Below, in pieces: positions 51,001 to 63,000 of a stretch of 64,000 bases of DNA; the first letter of the stretch is position 1; every line of letters begins with the position of its first letter. The stretch is from Candidatus Omnitrophota bacterium (GTDB lineage Bacteria > Omnitrophota > Gorgyraeia > Zapsychrales > Fredricksoniimonadaceae), in assembly GCA_015233675.1 (NCBI GenBank), contig JADFXH010000005.1:80964-144963 (forward strand), read 5' to 3'. The notes beneath the pieces are model-generated. The model made no database searches, was not told the DNA's origin, and worked only from the letters and a program-made list of their open reading frames with translations. Made by a program: the position numbers and the translations under genes.

Positions 51001-54000
51001 ATCCTGCCTTCGGAAAAAATGGGAGTCAACTATCATTATCGAAGCGCGGATGCTTTACGTAAATTAGAAAGTGAAGGGAAGGTCATAACCGCGGTTGTCA
51101 ACGGGTACTTGCAGGGCTTGGCCGTGAGCAGTTTTGAAGATTCTTATGTGTTTGTGGATCCGGCCAGCAAGGTCAGATATGAAGGAACAATTCAAATTCG
51201 GGGATTGGATGAGATGTTAAGCGGCAGCAAGATAGCGGTTTTCGAATGTGGTGTTTCATGGTTGGAGGAATTAAAAAGAAAATATGATCATGAATTGATG
51301 AGCCTTTTTATATCACCGTTTAGTGACCGGTATTTGGCCGGAGCTATCAAGGATCCGATCACGATTTTTGCAGCTAAGGTGGGCATGGAAACAGGTCAGC
51401 GTATTCGTTTGCGCGAATACAAAGAAGCGGAAGCGTTAGCCAGAGAGGCGAGGATAGCGCAGTATCAGGGCCAGCGTATAGAGAAATTTTTCCAGCCGAC
51501 TAATCAGCAGGAATATGAAAAACGTCTTAAAGAAGCGGTCGAGCAAGTGGCCCGCAGGTTTGAATACCATAAAGTTTTACAAAATCCGTTGGCGAAAACA
51601 CAGGAGGAATATGAACAGAGAATGAGGCTTTTGACGGAAGAATTTGCAATAAGCGTGTTCAGGAATTTACTGGATGCCATCAACGTTAAGTATGAAGAGC
51701 AGGCAACGGCCGATAATTTAGCCCAAATGATCAGAAGGATAGACGTAAGGCAATATGAAACAAAGGCCAAATTGGTAATTTACAGCGGGCCTCCGGGAGG
51801 AGGCAGAAGCCTGGTGTGGGAGGGGTTTGTTAAACGTTACGGAGATCTGATAGAGGGGTTTGTATTATTCCATACGAGGGCAATGCACAGCGGCGAGTGG
51901 ATGGGGAGAAACTACCATTTCAGGAATGACGAACACTTAATAAAATTGCAGAAAGAAGGCAAGATCATTACGGCAAAGGTCAATGGCCAAATGCAGGGAT
52001 TGGCGGTTGTTTCATTCGAAGATTCATTTAAGTTTAAAGACCCTCAAACAGGCAACGAAATTAACAGCGTTGATCAAGTCCGGGGTATGGATGAAGTTTT
52101 CAAGGGCAATAAGATCGTTATTCTTGAATGCGGTCTGGCATGGCTTGAAGCTTTACGGGCGCAGTATGCGGATGAAATCATGAGTTTGTTTATCTCGCCA
52201 TTTAGTGAAGAAGAATTGACATGTACTCATTTGGATATTTCTGACTGCGAAAACACGGTGGAAAATGATCACGCCCGTCCGCTGCCGGGCCAGCCGCCGG
52301 TATCTGTTGAGACGGTGGCCGCAGAAATGGAAGGGCATGATGTCAACGCATTTGTTGTCTTGGAAAAATACAGCGCGGCGGTCGCAGTGGCTATCTTAGC
52401 GCTAATGTCTATTAAACAGGTTTTTATGGCAGAGAAGCTTGAAGAGATGGTAAGGGCAGGCTTGGTACGCGCCGGGCCGCTGAAGGGATTTTTAGCAACT
52501 ACATGGGATATTGACGGGCAGGAAAACATAATTGTCTCGGGTAATTCCGATATTAACGAACAGATTTTAAGCTTGGTTCATGAAATAGGGGCGATTACGT
52601 ATTTTGGCCTGAGTCATGGAGAAAACACTGTTCGTGAAGAGTTGACCCGTAAATGGCTGGACGCCCAGGGAGCGCTGATAGGATTAGAAGTTGTCATGCG
52701 AATTCATGGACGTGAGTGTAAGGAAGCAGAGAAGATCAAGAAACAGAACGAGGAAAAGCAAGCAGACGGGAAGATAGGGGAAATTGAGAAATTCTACCTG
52801 CCTACGGAACAGTCGGTTTTGGAAAGAAGGGTTCAGGAAGCGGTATTGCAGGTATTGCGGCGACGTGAATACAAGAAAGTCTTGGTCAATCAAAGGGCCT
52901 CCAGCGGAAAAGAGTTTGAGGCTACGAAAACGAGGTTAACAGAAGAGTTTGCGCAGGAGATATTTAGAAATGTGGCGGCAGCAATAGGGTTAGCGAAAGA
53001 TTTAGGGCAAGAGGTTTTGGATAAAGCAAGCGCGATGGAATTATTTGAGATGTTGAGACAGAAAGATTTAAGCCAGGTGTCGAGTAGTGCGAAGATGGCG
53101 ATTTATTCCGGCCCTCCCGGCGGAGGCAAGGGAGTGGTTTGGGATGAATTTATAAGTCTTTATGGGAAAATAAGCAGAGGAAAATTTGTGGACGAGCTGC
53201 CGCCTTTTGGGGGTGAAGTTTTTGATTGGCTAATGGAAAATAAAAGCTTGGAGGGGACTCCGGGTCAAGAAGGGTATATAGCTGTTAAGATTGACAAGAT
53301 CAAGAAAGACTTAGATAAAGAGCCGTTATATAAAGAAAACTGCGAAAAAATTATAGCATTCTTAAGGAAGTTTCAGTTTGGGGAGAAGGTTGACAGGCTT
53401 GTGTTATTCCACACAAGAGATATCCGTGCCGGAGAAAAAATGGGGGTCAACTACCATTATCGCAGCAAGGAACATTTATTCAAATTAGCAAAAGAAAGAA
53501 AGATCTTGGTAGCGGAGGTTAATGGTGAACTGCAAGGGCTAGCGGTTGGCGATTTTACAGATCCTTATGTGTATGTGGATCCCAAGAATCATAATAGGGT
53601 TGCAGAAGGGATTATTGCGAAACCAAGGTTTTCAGGAGCAACTTTCATTACAGGCACAATTTTGGACCCGGACAATAAAGGGGCAGACGGCGTTTGGGAA
53701 GAATACTCCCCAACAGAGGTTTGTTTAAAAGAAAACAAAAACCTGACAGAAGCTGTTGTGCGGGAAATTGCAAAGAGCGATTTTGGTAAGATTTGGGCTA
53801 TTGTGCAAGAAGCCCAGGAAGTGCCGAAGATATTAGGGATGAATACGTTATTCGGCGGGGAGAAGATCATAGTGCTGGAATGCGGCATGGCATGGTTTGA
53901 AGAATTGACGCGAAAATATGGCGACAAGTTAATAAGTATATTTATTTCACCATTTAGCGATCTGTATCTGTCCCGCGCGGTTCAAAATCCGTTCACGGTC

Positions 54001-57000
54001 TTATTAGCAAAAGTAAGCCTGGAAACAGCGCTACGTATTCATTATTATGAAGACAAAGACGCAAGAGATTTAAAAAATGACTCAGAGGATTTTATAAAAA
54101 AGACTTCAGAGAATTTACCGCTTCCGGAAATACGGATTGAAAGATTCTTCCAGCCCACAGAACAAACAATATTTGAGGATAAGGCCAAAGAAGGGGCCAT
54201 CCAGGTCAGCGGGCGCCACCAGTATAATAGTGAAGGGGATCCTTTGGTGAGCCCTGAGGTAAACACGCCCGATGCAGATTACGACCGGGGAATGGAACAG
54301 CTGGCGGAAGAATTTGCTTTAAGAATATTTAGGAATTTGTGTAATGTCATGAGATTAACGTACCCACCAACCCCTTCTGCGGAAGAGTTAGCAGAGCTAT
54401 TAAGATGGGAGGGTCTAAGTAAAGACCCCAAGGGAAGGCTCGTCCTTCTTGGGGGGGCACCCGCAGTGGGAAGGAAGTCAGTATTAGAAAGATTTATTGG
54501 GAGGTTTATTGATTTAGTGGAACGCTGCGTTGAGTTTTCATCTAGAGGGATGGGTAAGAAAGATACGATGGGAAGGACGTATCATTTCAGGAACAAGGAA
54601 CATCTGCTGAGGCTGAAAAATGAAGGCAAAATTATTTTACCACGAGTTGATGGGGGAATGGGGGCTGTTGCAAAACAAGCATTTGTACGCGCCCATCTTA
54701 ATGCTGACCTGATCTGGAGTAAATTGATAGAAAATGGCTATATTGGGGCTAATGGCGCGATCCAGGACAAATTCGTAGAACTTAGAGATTACTCCCAGAT
54801 GATCTTGCCCCAAACCCTTGATGACCGGAAAGAAAAAATTTATTTCATTTTGCAACAGGCCCAAATTGATTGGGAAACTCCGGGGCTGGCAGTGCAATCA
54901 TTTGAGGATACATACGAATTTAAAGACCCGCTGTCGAAAAAGGTCATAAAAGGTACGGCGCAGGTTCGCGGGCTGGATGATGTTTTAACGGACGGGAAGA
55001 TCGTTATTTTAGAATGCGGACGTGCGCTGTATAACTCGTTAAGAGCGCAGTATGAGGATGAACCATTGAGCATATTCATTTCTCCGTTTAGTGAAGAAGA
55101 GTTGTCGTGCGAACATTTGGGGAAGTTTGCTCCTGTTATTGCCGCACCTCAAGGAAGGCAAGATCCTGTATCTTCCGACGAAATAACCGCGCAGACAAAG
55201 ATCCCTGAAGGCCCTCTAGATTTGGGGCAGGCCTATCAAAGTATTCTTGATCGTCTTAAGGAGAAAGGTATTTTAGGTGAAGGGAGAATAACTAAAGAAT
55301 TTGTTGCGGACGTGTTTGCCAATCATTTTTGGCATAATTATACAGGTCGATTGCCGGATCAAGTAAGGATCGAGAGACGCGCGGCACAAACTATTATAGC
55401 GGACTTAATGATCAGGGAAGCCCGAAAAGATCCTTCGCGGCAGGTCATTTTATTTCATAATCCATATGAAAACCTTGTTGACGAGATGATCCCTGATATG
55501 GCAGTCGCAGAAATGCTTTTGATAGACCCTTATGGCACGCCAGAATTTGAAGAGAAAACCTTGGAGTGGTTGAATGATTTGCCGGTCATCATCAATGACG
55601 AGTGGACCAGAAGGCCGGAATTGCCCATTATAGGCTTTGAATTTAAGGGGCCGGCGGAAAAATACATCAAGGCCAGTGATCTGGTCAATGCCTACCAAAA
55701 ATATAATCCTGATGCCAGGATTATGGTTCCTGTTTTTGTAGAGAAGAACATAGTTGAGTTAAAAGAAATAAAAAATACACAACAGGATAATGCCCGGCCA
55801 TTACCCGGCCAGCCGATGGCTAGTGCTGAAGTTGTGTCCGTAGAGTTGGCCAAGCATGATTTGAAAGTTTTGACAATTTTGAAAGGAACTGATGCTTCCG
55901 TTGTTTTAGCTGTCAAAGCCATGAATGCGATGGGGGAAGAAGATAAAGCAGAACATCTGCTGATGATGGTACGCGCAGGCCGCGTACGGGCTGGTCCGGT
56001 AAAAGGATTCCTTGCGGCAACAGCCATGATTGACGGTCAAGAAAATATTATTCTCTCCAAGGCGTATCCCCAATACAACAGCCCCATAGAACAGTCTCTC
56101 TCGCTGGTCCATGAAATAGGCGCAACAAGTCAATTCAATTTAAGTCATGAAGCGAATGCAAAACGTGAAGCTGCGGTGTATTTGGCGAGGACATCGTTCG
56201 AGCATTTCAACATTATTCCCTCGGTGACAGTACGGGATCGTGAAAAAGATATGAAAGCCGGAGTGCGTGAATTTATAGAGTATGCTCAAGACAACGCAAT
56301 AACATATTCATTAGAGTTAAAGGATGTTCCGCAAGTAAATGAGCAAAGAAGGACACTGCATCCTAAATATCTTAACCCCAGGGCGCCAGAGCGAGAAAAG
56401 GGAACATTAAATTTGGCCGGAGATGAGCTGCAGAAACAGGCAGAAGACGGTACCTTATATATCTATGAGGCCGTAAAAGAGCTGAAGCCTTCGGTTATTT
56501 CTTTTCATTTAGGGTTTACAGGCCAAAGAATGCGCGAGCCAGAGAATGAAAGGAACATAGTAGTTGTCGACGATATGGAGTCCCAAGAAAAAATTAAGAA
56601 ATTAATTAAAGGAATTCAGTTGGTGGCTAAGGGATTACGGGACAGAGATTTCAAAGGTGATATCTTGCTTGAAAATTTAGTTTGCCAGCATGCAAATACT
56701 TACGAAAGAGTCTGCGAGCCTGATTTTATTCGTGGTCTATTTGACAGAATAGAAAAAGGATTAAACGTGGGCATGCTTATTGATACTTCACATTTAATTG
56801 TCAGCGCCAGTAATTTGAAAATAGATCCGATAAAGTATTTAAGGACCGTCCTTGATAAGCAAACAATAGGGCTTCTTAAAGAAGTGCATTTAACGGTACC
56901 GGAATATGACAAAAAGCAGGATTTGCTGTTTGACGCACATAGCCCTTTTTCGCAGAGCATTGGTTTGGAAGCCAATAGAATGTCCAGAAGACTATTAAGT

Positions 57001-60000
57001 CAAATTCTTAAAATACGTAAGGAAAATAAGATAACCTCGCCGCTTATCATCAACTTTGAGGTCAAAAACCCGGATGTTTATGCTAAAGATGAGCTTGTGG
57101 CATTAGTTAAATTCCTGGATCAGGAAAGGAATAAATTAACGACTGTCATTCGTTCGTCTTTGGAAGAAAGAAGGAGGGATGCCTCCCGTCCTCTGCCCGG
57201 CCAGCCGATGGCATCGCTGGAAGTTGTGGCGGCAGAACTAGCCAGGCATGACTTGAAAAGCTTTGTGAAGTTAAATATAAAAGATGAAGCTGTTGTTTTA
57301 GCAGTCAAGGCCATGATAGACATGAAAGAAAAGGATAAGGCAGAGCATCTTCAGATGATGGTACGCGAAGGGCGTGTACGTGCAGGTCCCATAGGATTCA
57401 TACTTGCCACAACGGCCATGATTAACGATCAAGAAAATATAATTCTCTCTAATACGTATCCCAAATATAACAGTTCCCTGGAACAGGCACTATCGTTGGT
57501 CCACGAACTCGGAGCTATGGCAAACTTTAAATTGAGCCATAATGAAAACAGAGCGCGTGAGATGAGCGCCCGCAAGATGGTTGAACGGACAGATGTTCAG
57601 TTGATCGTTGATTGGACATCTGAAAGAGAAGGGCTTCCTAAAGAGCCTGACTTTATCTGGCTGTTTGGAAGTAAATTTTCCCGTCCGGCGAAAGCAGTTG
57701 CCAGGCTTTGGAAAACCTTAGGAAGCAGCGCAAAGACGCGGGTGCTTATTACTGGCGGCGTGGGGAGAGAAACGGCGACGTTAACAGACCTTCGGAAGAA
57801 TTTTGGGATGACCGGACAGGTTGAAAGAAAAATTAATCAAATTTTTGATGAGTTATGTGATTTAAGAAACAGCCAAGGCGTTTCTAAGCTTTGGGAAGAA
57901 ATTGAATTCAGGTTTAATATTTACCGCGGCAGGGACCAGGAAAAGATTGATTTGCATGAAGCAGGAGAGTTATCAGAAGAGCAGAAAGATTGGATCAGGT
58001 TTTACGGGGAATATTTAGAAGGATCAGAGATGGATGATGTTAGAAACAGGAAAATTTCCATAGAGGAAATTGTGATCAATAAGCTGCTTGACCGACAATC
58101 CCGTTATCATCTTCCGGTCCCGGAGGGGATTGTTTATTATGCGATTTTGATAGAAAAAGGGGTGGATCCGGTGGCGATTCTTGTGGAAGCGCAGTCGACA
58201 ACAACCGTCGAAAATGTTCTTTATGGGGCAAAGGTCCTGAAGAAGGAAAAGTTGTGTCCTCAAACGATCATTCTAGTCCAGGAACCGTATATACAGCGGC
58301 GAGCCAAGGCTGCTTTCTTAAAGAAATACCCGTTGATCTATCCGGAGGGATGTAAGGACCTTCAAGCCTTCAGTTGTCCGCCGTTTGCTTATAAAGGCAA
58401 GGATGCCATGATCGCTTTGGGTGATGAAAAATTTGTCGAAATGAGAAAACGGGCGATTGGCGAAGTTGAAAGATTTTTGGTTTATCCTGAAGAAGACCGG
58501 ATCGTTGAAGTTTCAATTCCCGACAATATTATTGATGCCTATGATAGGCTCAAGGCAATTAATGAAGATTCCAGCGCTAAATTGTCCCAGGGGAAGATAG
58601 CTCAAGGGTATGAGCGAACAAGGATTTCCAACAACAAAAAAAGCATCGTCGAGTCTTTGGAGAACAGCAAATGGCAGGATGCGGTAGATGCTGTAGCTCG
58701 GCTGATATTAGTGGGCCAAGAGGATAAAGTGGGGGCTGTTTTGGCAGAGATCCTTGAGACGGCAGCAGGGAATCCCGTAAGCCCCGCAGAGCGCCGGCGG
58801 TCAAATCCGGACATCTTCCTAGCATCCCAGTCGAAACCAAAAGAGGATGTTCTTAATATGGCAGTCTCCGGCTGCAACGTTAGCCGTATCGAGCCCAAAC
58901 ACGATAATGAGGAGCCTATGGCCCGGGGTGTTTCTCTTGATATTGCATTGAAAGCCTTGTCTTTTTATAAGCTTTATCGTGCGGTCAAGGATAAGAAGAA
59001 TTCTGTACGTGACGGTATTTATGTCAGCGGCGACTTTGTTTTCGAAGATGATTGCGGAAGCCCGGTTGGAAAGATTGACGACCCCGATGAGGCAAACAAA
59101 GGTTATGAGAAAAGGTCGGTTTGTCCGCTCAAGGGCCTTTCCGGATTTGTGATCGTCCAACGCGAGAACGGCGTTTTCCACAAGGTCGTTCTGGGCGCGG
59201 ATGCGGCCTATGTCCTTTTGCGCAGGCCCTATGAACTTATTGAATCGGATAAAAATAATCCTCTTATGCACGAAGAAACCGCAGGCGAGCGTTACGGACG
59301 GTATGTTAAAGAAAAACATTTCAAAGGTAAAGCAGGAGGGATCGGTGTGCAAGACGAGGCTTTTTGGCCGCTGGTCAAGCGCATTTATGGAGATCCTTTT
59401 GTCATCCGCGGACTTCCGCTGGAGGCATTCTCAAAAAATTTACAGAAGGTTATGTCCCCATGTCCTGAAATGGATTGGAAAAAACTTAATGTAAAAGAAT
59501 GGGGAGGCAGCATCACGGACAATCTGAAGATTAAGGATGAACTCAAGGGTAAGCCTGATTTGGATATCCTTAGGGAGATCGCACGCGACTGCCTGTTTGC
59601 CGGTGATATTTGCTCTGCGGCTTGGGCGATCATGAATATGCTTATGCTTAAGTCGCCGGAAGAATACAGAAAATTTGAGGAAAAGGACTTGCAGAGGCTC
59701 GAGGTCCTGACAGGTGAGAAAGGTGAGCGGCTCTCCACGCGTTGTGCGGATTTTGATGAAATCGCGCTCGAATACAGGTTTTTGGAGACGGTTCTTAACC
59801 TTCTGAGTGACGGTGATGTGTATCAACAGGATCGTAAAAAAATATGGAGTGAGACAAGTCTCAAAGCTGAAGCGGTTAAGCATCTTTTCGATAATAACCT
59901 GCAGGTGCAGGATCGGCTTGAGAGAATTATTACATCCATCCTTAACGCGAATGAAGAGGATAGGGGGCTGCGTCTTAACGACCGACATCTATTGCCGGCG

Positions 60001-63000
60001 TTTGGTAATGAAATTCAGGATAGCTTGGGCGTTTTCAGGAGGAATGTTGTTGAGAATACGATAATCGAGACTGTCGGGATTGCTCTGAATAACGCGGGCA
60101 AGGAGTTCCTGGCGGTTGCCGCGCTCACACGATTGCTCCAGGATAATAACAAAAAGGTCATCTTTTATTGTTATCCTGAAGCTCACATGCTTTGCGACGT
60201 CCTTGTCTCTGAACAGGGGAGTGCAAATGCTTTTGTGGCAAGGATGATTGAGGGAACAAAATTGAGCAATGAAGAGAAAAGAAATATACTCGAATCCTTG
60301 GCCAAAGTGGAATGGAAGGAGCTTGGCAAGACCGCAGACGAACGCCGAGATTTCTTGTCCGTTGGTAAGAATGTATCCGCGCTGATTGTGATCGGTGAGG
60401 ACGGTTTTGCGGATATTCGTAAGCGTTTGAACATAGACGATCATGTGTCCCTTTTGTTGTGCCCTGTGTTTGTAGTGCGTTCAATCAAGAACATTGGGCC
60501 GGTACAGGTCATGGCCAGACAGGGCGAGCTATTCGACAGCCCTATAATGGACTATGACGTGACCTATTACCCTCTGCGTGTCAATCAACTAAAGAAGGGT
60601 GATGGGCATGCTCGTAAACCGAAGAAAGACCTGTTACAAGAAGTGGAGAGTTCTGCTCAAGAGCTTAAGGGCATAGATTCAAAGAGCAACAAAGAACAGG
60701 TGATCGATTGGTTTAACCAACTGATTTACGAAAAACCTGTCATAGCTTGCGGAATGATCCAGCATCTTTTGGACAATGGCGGTCTTGGAGGCGGCAAGGG
60801 GACGCTTGGGGAATACAAGGTTCAGATGCAGAATTGGCTGACGGAATGTGTCCGAAAGGCGAGGGAATCCAAGAAGGATGATTTTAAATATACACGCGAC
60901 GGGGGTGTTTATTTTGCCACACATTTTCAGCGGGAGAACTATAACGAAGCAGACGAAAACAGCAAGGCCCGAAGCCGCCGGCCCGGAATCGGAGATATTC
61001 TTGAGAACCGCAATGTCCTGGAAGACTTAAATCAGGAGGACAGGGATATTCTTAACGTTTTGGGAGTTGAAGTTGAGACTGGCGCAAAAAAACTTTTCTG
61101 CCAGAGCAACTTGCTTAACCCTGTTGGCATGGCCATGGCCATCGCGTTCATTAAGGCGTCCCGGGTGGCCATGCACATTAAAGGGGGTATTGTCATCGCG
61201 CGTCAGGTTGTCATTTTGGCCGAGCAGTCTAACGGCCGATATGAATTTATTTTACCGGAGGATATGATTAAGACCCTTAATCCTAAGATGAAGCTTAGGG
61301 TCTATACGGCCATGAGCGCTATCAAGTGTCGTAATGATGGTGAGATTAGCGTAGATCTCAGTTACGGACTGGCTCTGGTGCATACGGTCGACAGTGATAT
61401 CTCTGCCGTAGACCTGGATTTGAAGATGGCTCTTGACGAGCTAAAAGATCAGCAATGGGCCCAAAGCGGAGAAATAAAGAATTTGGCGATTAAGATAATA
61501 GACCAGAGCGCGAGCAATACCGGTACAGTCAGGTTCGAGGATATCAAGACACTGCTGGTTACTTCCATCGAGAAGTCTGAATTCAAAAACGATTTTGATG
61601 CGTTTAACTGGTCGTCTCCTTTGGCCCGAGTTCTCATCAAGAAGATCATTGGGGACCCTTATGCTGTGATCGGCCTTCCGTATTATGGGCTCAAAGATTA
61701 CTTTGCAAGTAACGGTATCGGCACGATAGCCCCTAATATACCGAAGGACAGGTATGACGGAAAGATTCCCGAAATTTCTCCGAGCCGTGTGGAAGATCAT
61801 CTCAAATTCTTAGCAAGGTACGCCCCCTCCCTGCAGAGGATCACAGCGCATCTAGTTGAGATCAATCGTAGTGGAATATTCGATGATGAGATGTTCCGGT
61901 TGCAAATCAGGCTCATCGCTATGAAAATCAAGATCCATCAGCGTCAGAGGCTTCTGTTTACGGCAATGACAGAAGATGTGGCCGCTATGAAATGTGCTCT
62001 GGATTTTTATTTGAATAAAACACAAGCACTTGGACTAAACCCGGGTATCGAAGCGGACCAACTTAAAAGCCAGCTTGATAAGCTCTGTGATGAATGGGAG
62101 AGGCTCAAAGGAAGAGACCTGGAAGCGTGGGACTATGATACGGTCCCCTTGCAGGCCCAGACTAAAATCTACAGGCTCATGGACGCACTGACAGCTATCG
62201 CGTTCGGATGGCCCCAACGCCGCGCCATGCCGAGGACCTTGGCCGGAGAGCCGAAACCTATGGAGCGCTTTAGCAGGGAATGGGCCGCGGATTTTTATCA
62301 GGGTGATCCGTGGGCCTTTGAAAAGGTTGACCGCACAGAGACAGCACTGCACAAACTGGATGTCTATTTAAAGGGCATGGACTTGAGCCGTAAAACGTTG
62401 CAGAAGGTAGGGACCAAAGATTTCAAAGTCCTGGCCATGGATGTTATGACTAAGATGGCCAGAGAAGATTTTGAAGGGGATATCCATGGGCTTGTCAGGG
62501 AAGTTCCGCAGGTTATGGAGAAGGGCTACTCTGCCCATGTTGTTAAGAAAGAGGCTTTGAGGAACAACGATCTTTTTGATTGGCTGATGAAAAACGGCTA
62601 CTTCGAAGAAAAAGAAGGAAAAGAAGCCCACCCAAAACCGTTAACAAACGACATGATAGCCGCTGTTAAAAAAGAGTACCCCTCCCTTTACGGATACATT
62701 TTAACTATTTTGAAACCGATCGACTACGACGTGGCTGAGTTCTTCAATAGGCTGGAGATGTCGAATGCTTCGGGCAATAAACGCGTAGGGATCTTCCTTA
62801 ACAATGCCGGGGCTGAAACGGTACTTGCGCTCTTTTTTGCTTATCTCCTGCTTAACCAGGGATTCACCGTGACGTTATATGCGGCGGTGTTCCCGTCGGT
62901 TAACACTGATGTGACTACGGATGAGGTTTATCTTCAGATTCCCTATGTGGACCAGATCCTCGCGGACAACAACGTCGGGGAATCGGAGGGAAGAAAAACG

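Noticed and set aside
50706-51062. + strand ORFs in frames 2 and 3 (e.g. 118 aa at 50706-51062; 98 aa at 4925-5221; 97 aa at 59201-59494)
   Set aside because: They are short, overlap the giant frame out of phase, have odd composition (Arg/Gly/Cys-rich) and carry no motifs. The density is what one expects by chance across 64 kb of coding sequence.
4246-57565. Periodic conserved DNA blocks ('cccggccagccgatg...') that could be mistaken for a CRISPR array, REP elements or IS/transposon ends
   Set aside because: The conserved blocks are 300-900 bp protein-coding modules in a constant reading frame, with spacing in multiples of 3 and third-codon-position divergence. They are not short, uniform repeats with unique spacers. 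I see no inverted terminal repeats or transposase-like sequence.
58819-60444. Three consecutive long minus-strand ORFs (177, 182 and 151 aa) that might suggest real reverse-strand genes near the 3' end
   Set aside because: They are codon-aligned antisense to an unbroken + frame that carries paired conserved motifs, and they are interrupted by stops while the + frame is not. Their openness is explained by depletion of sense TTA/CTA/TCA codons (reported as a codon-usage finding instead).
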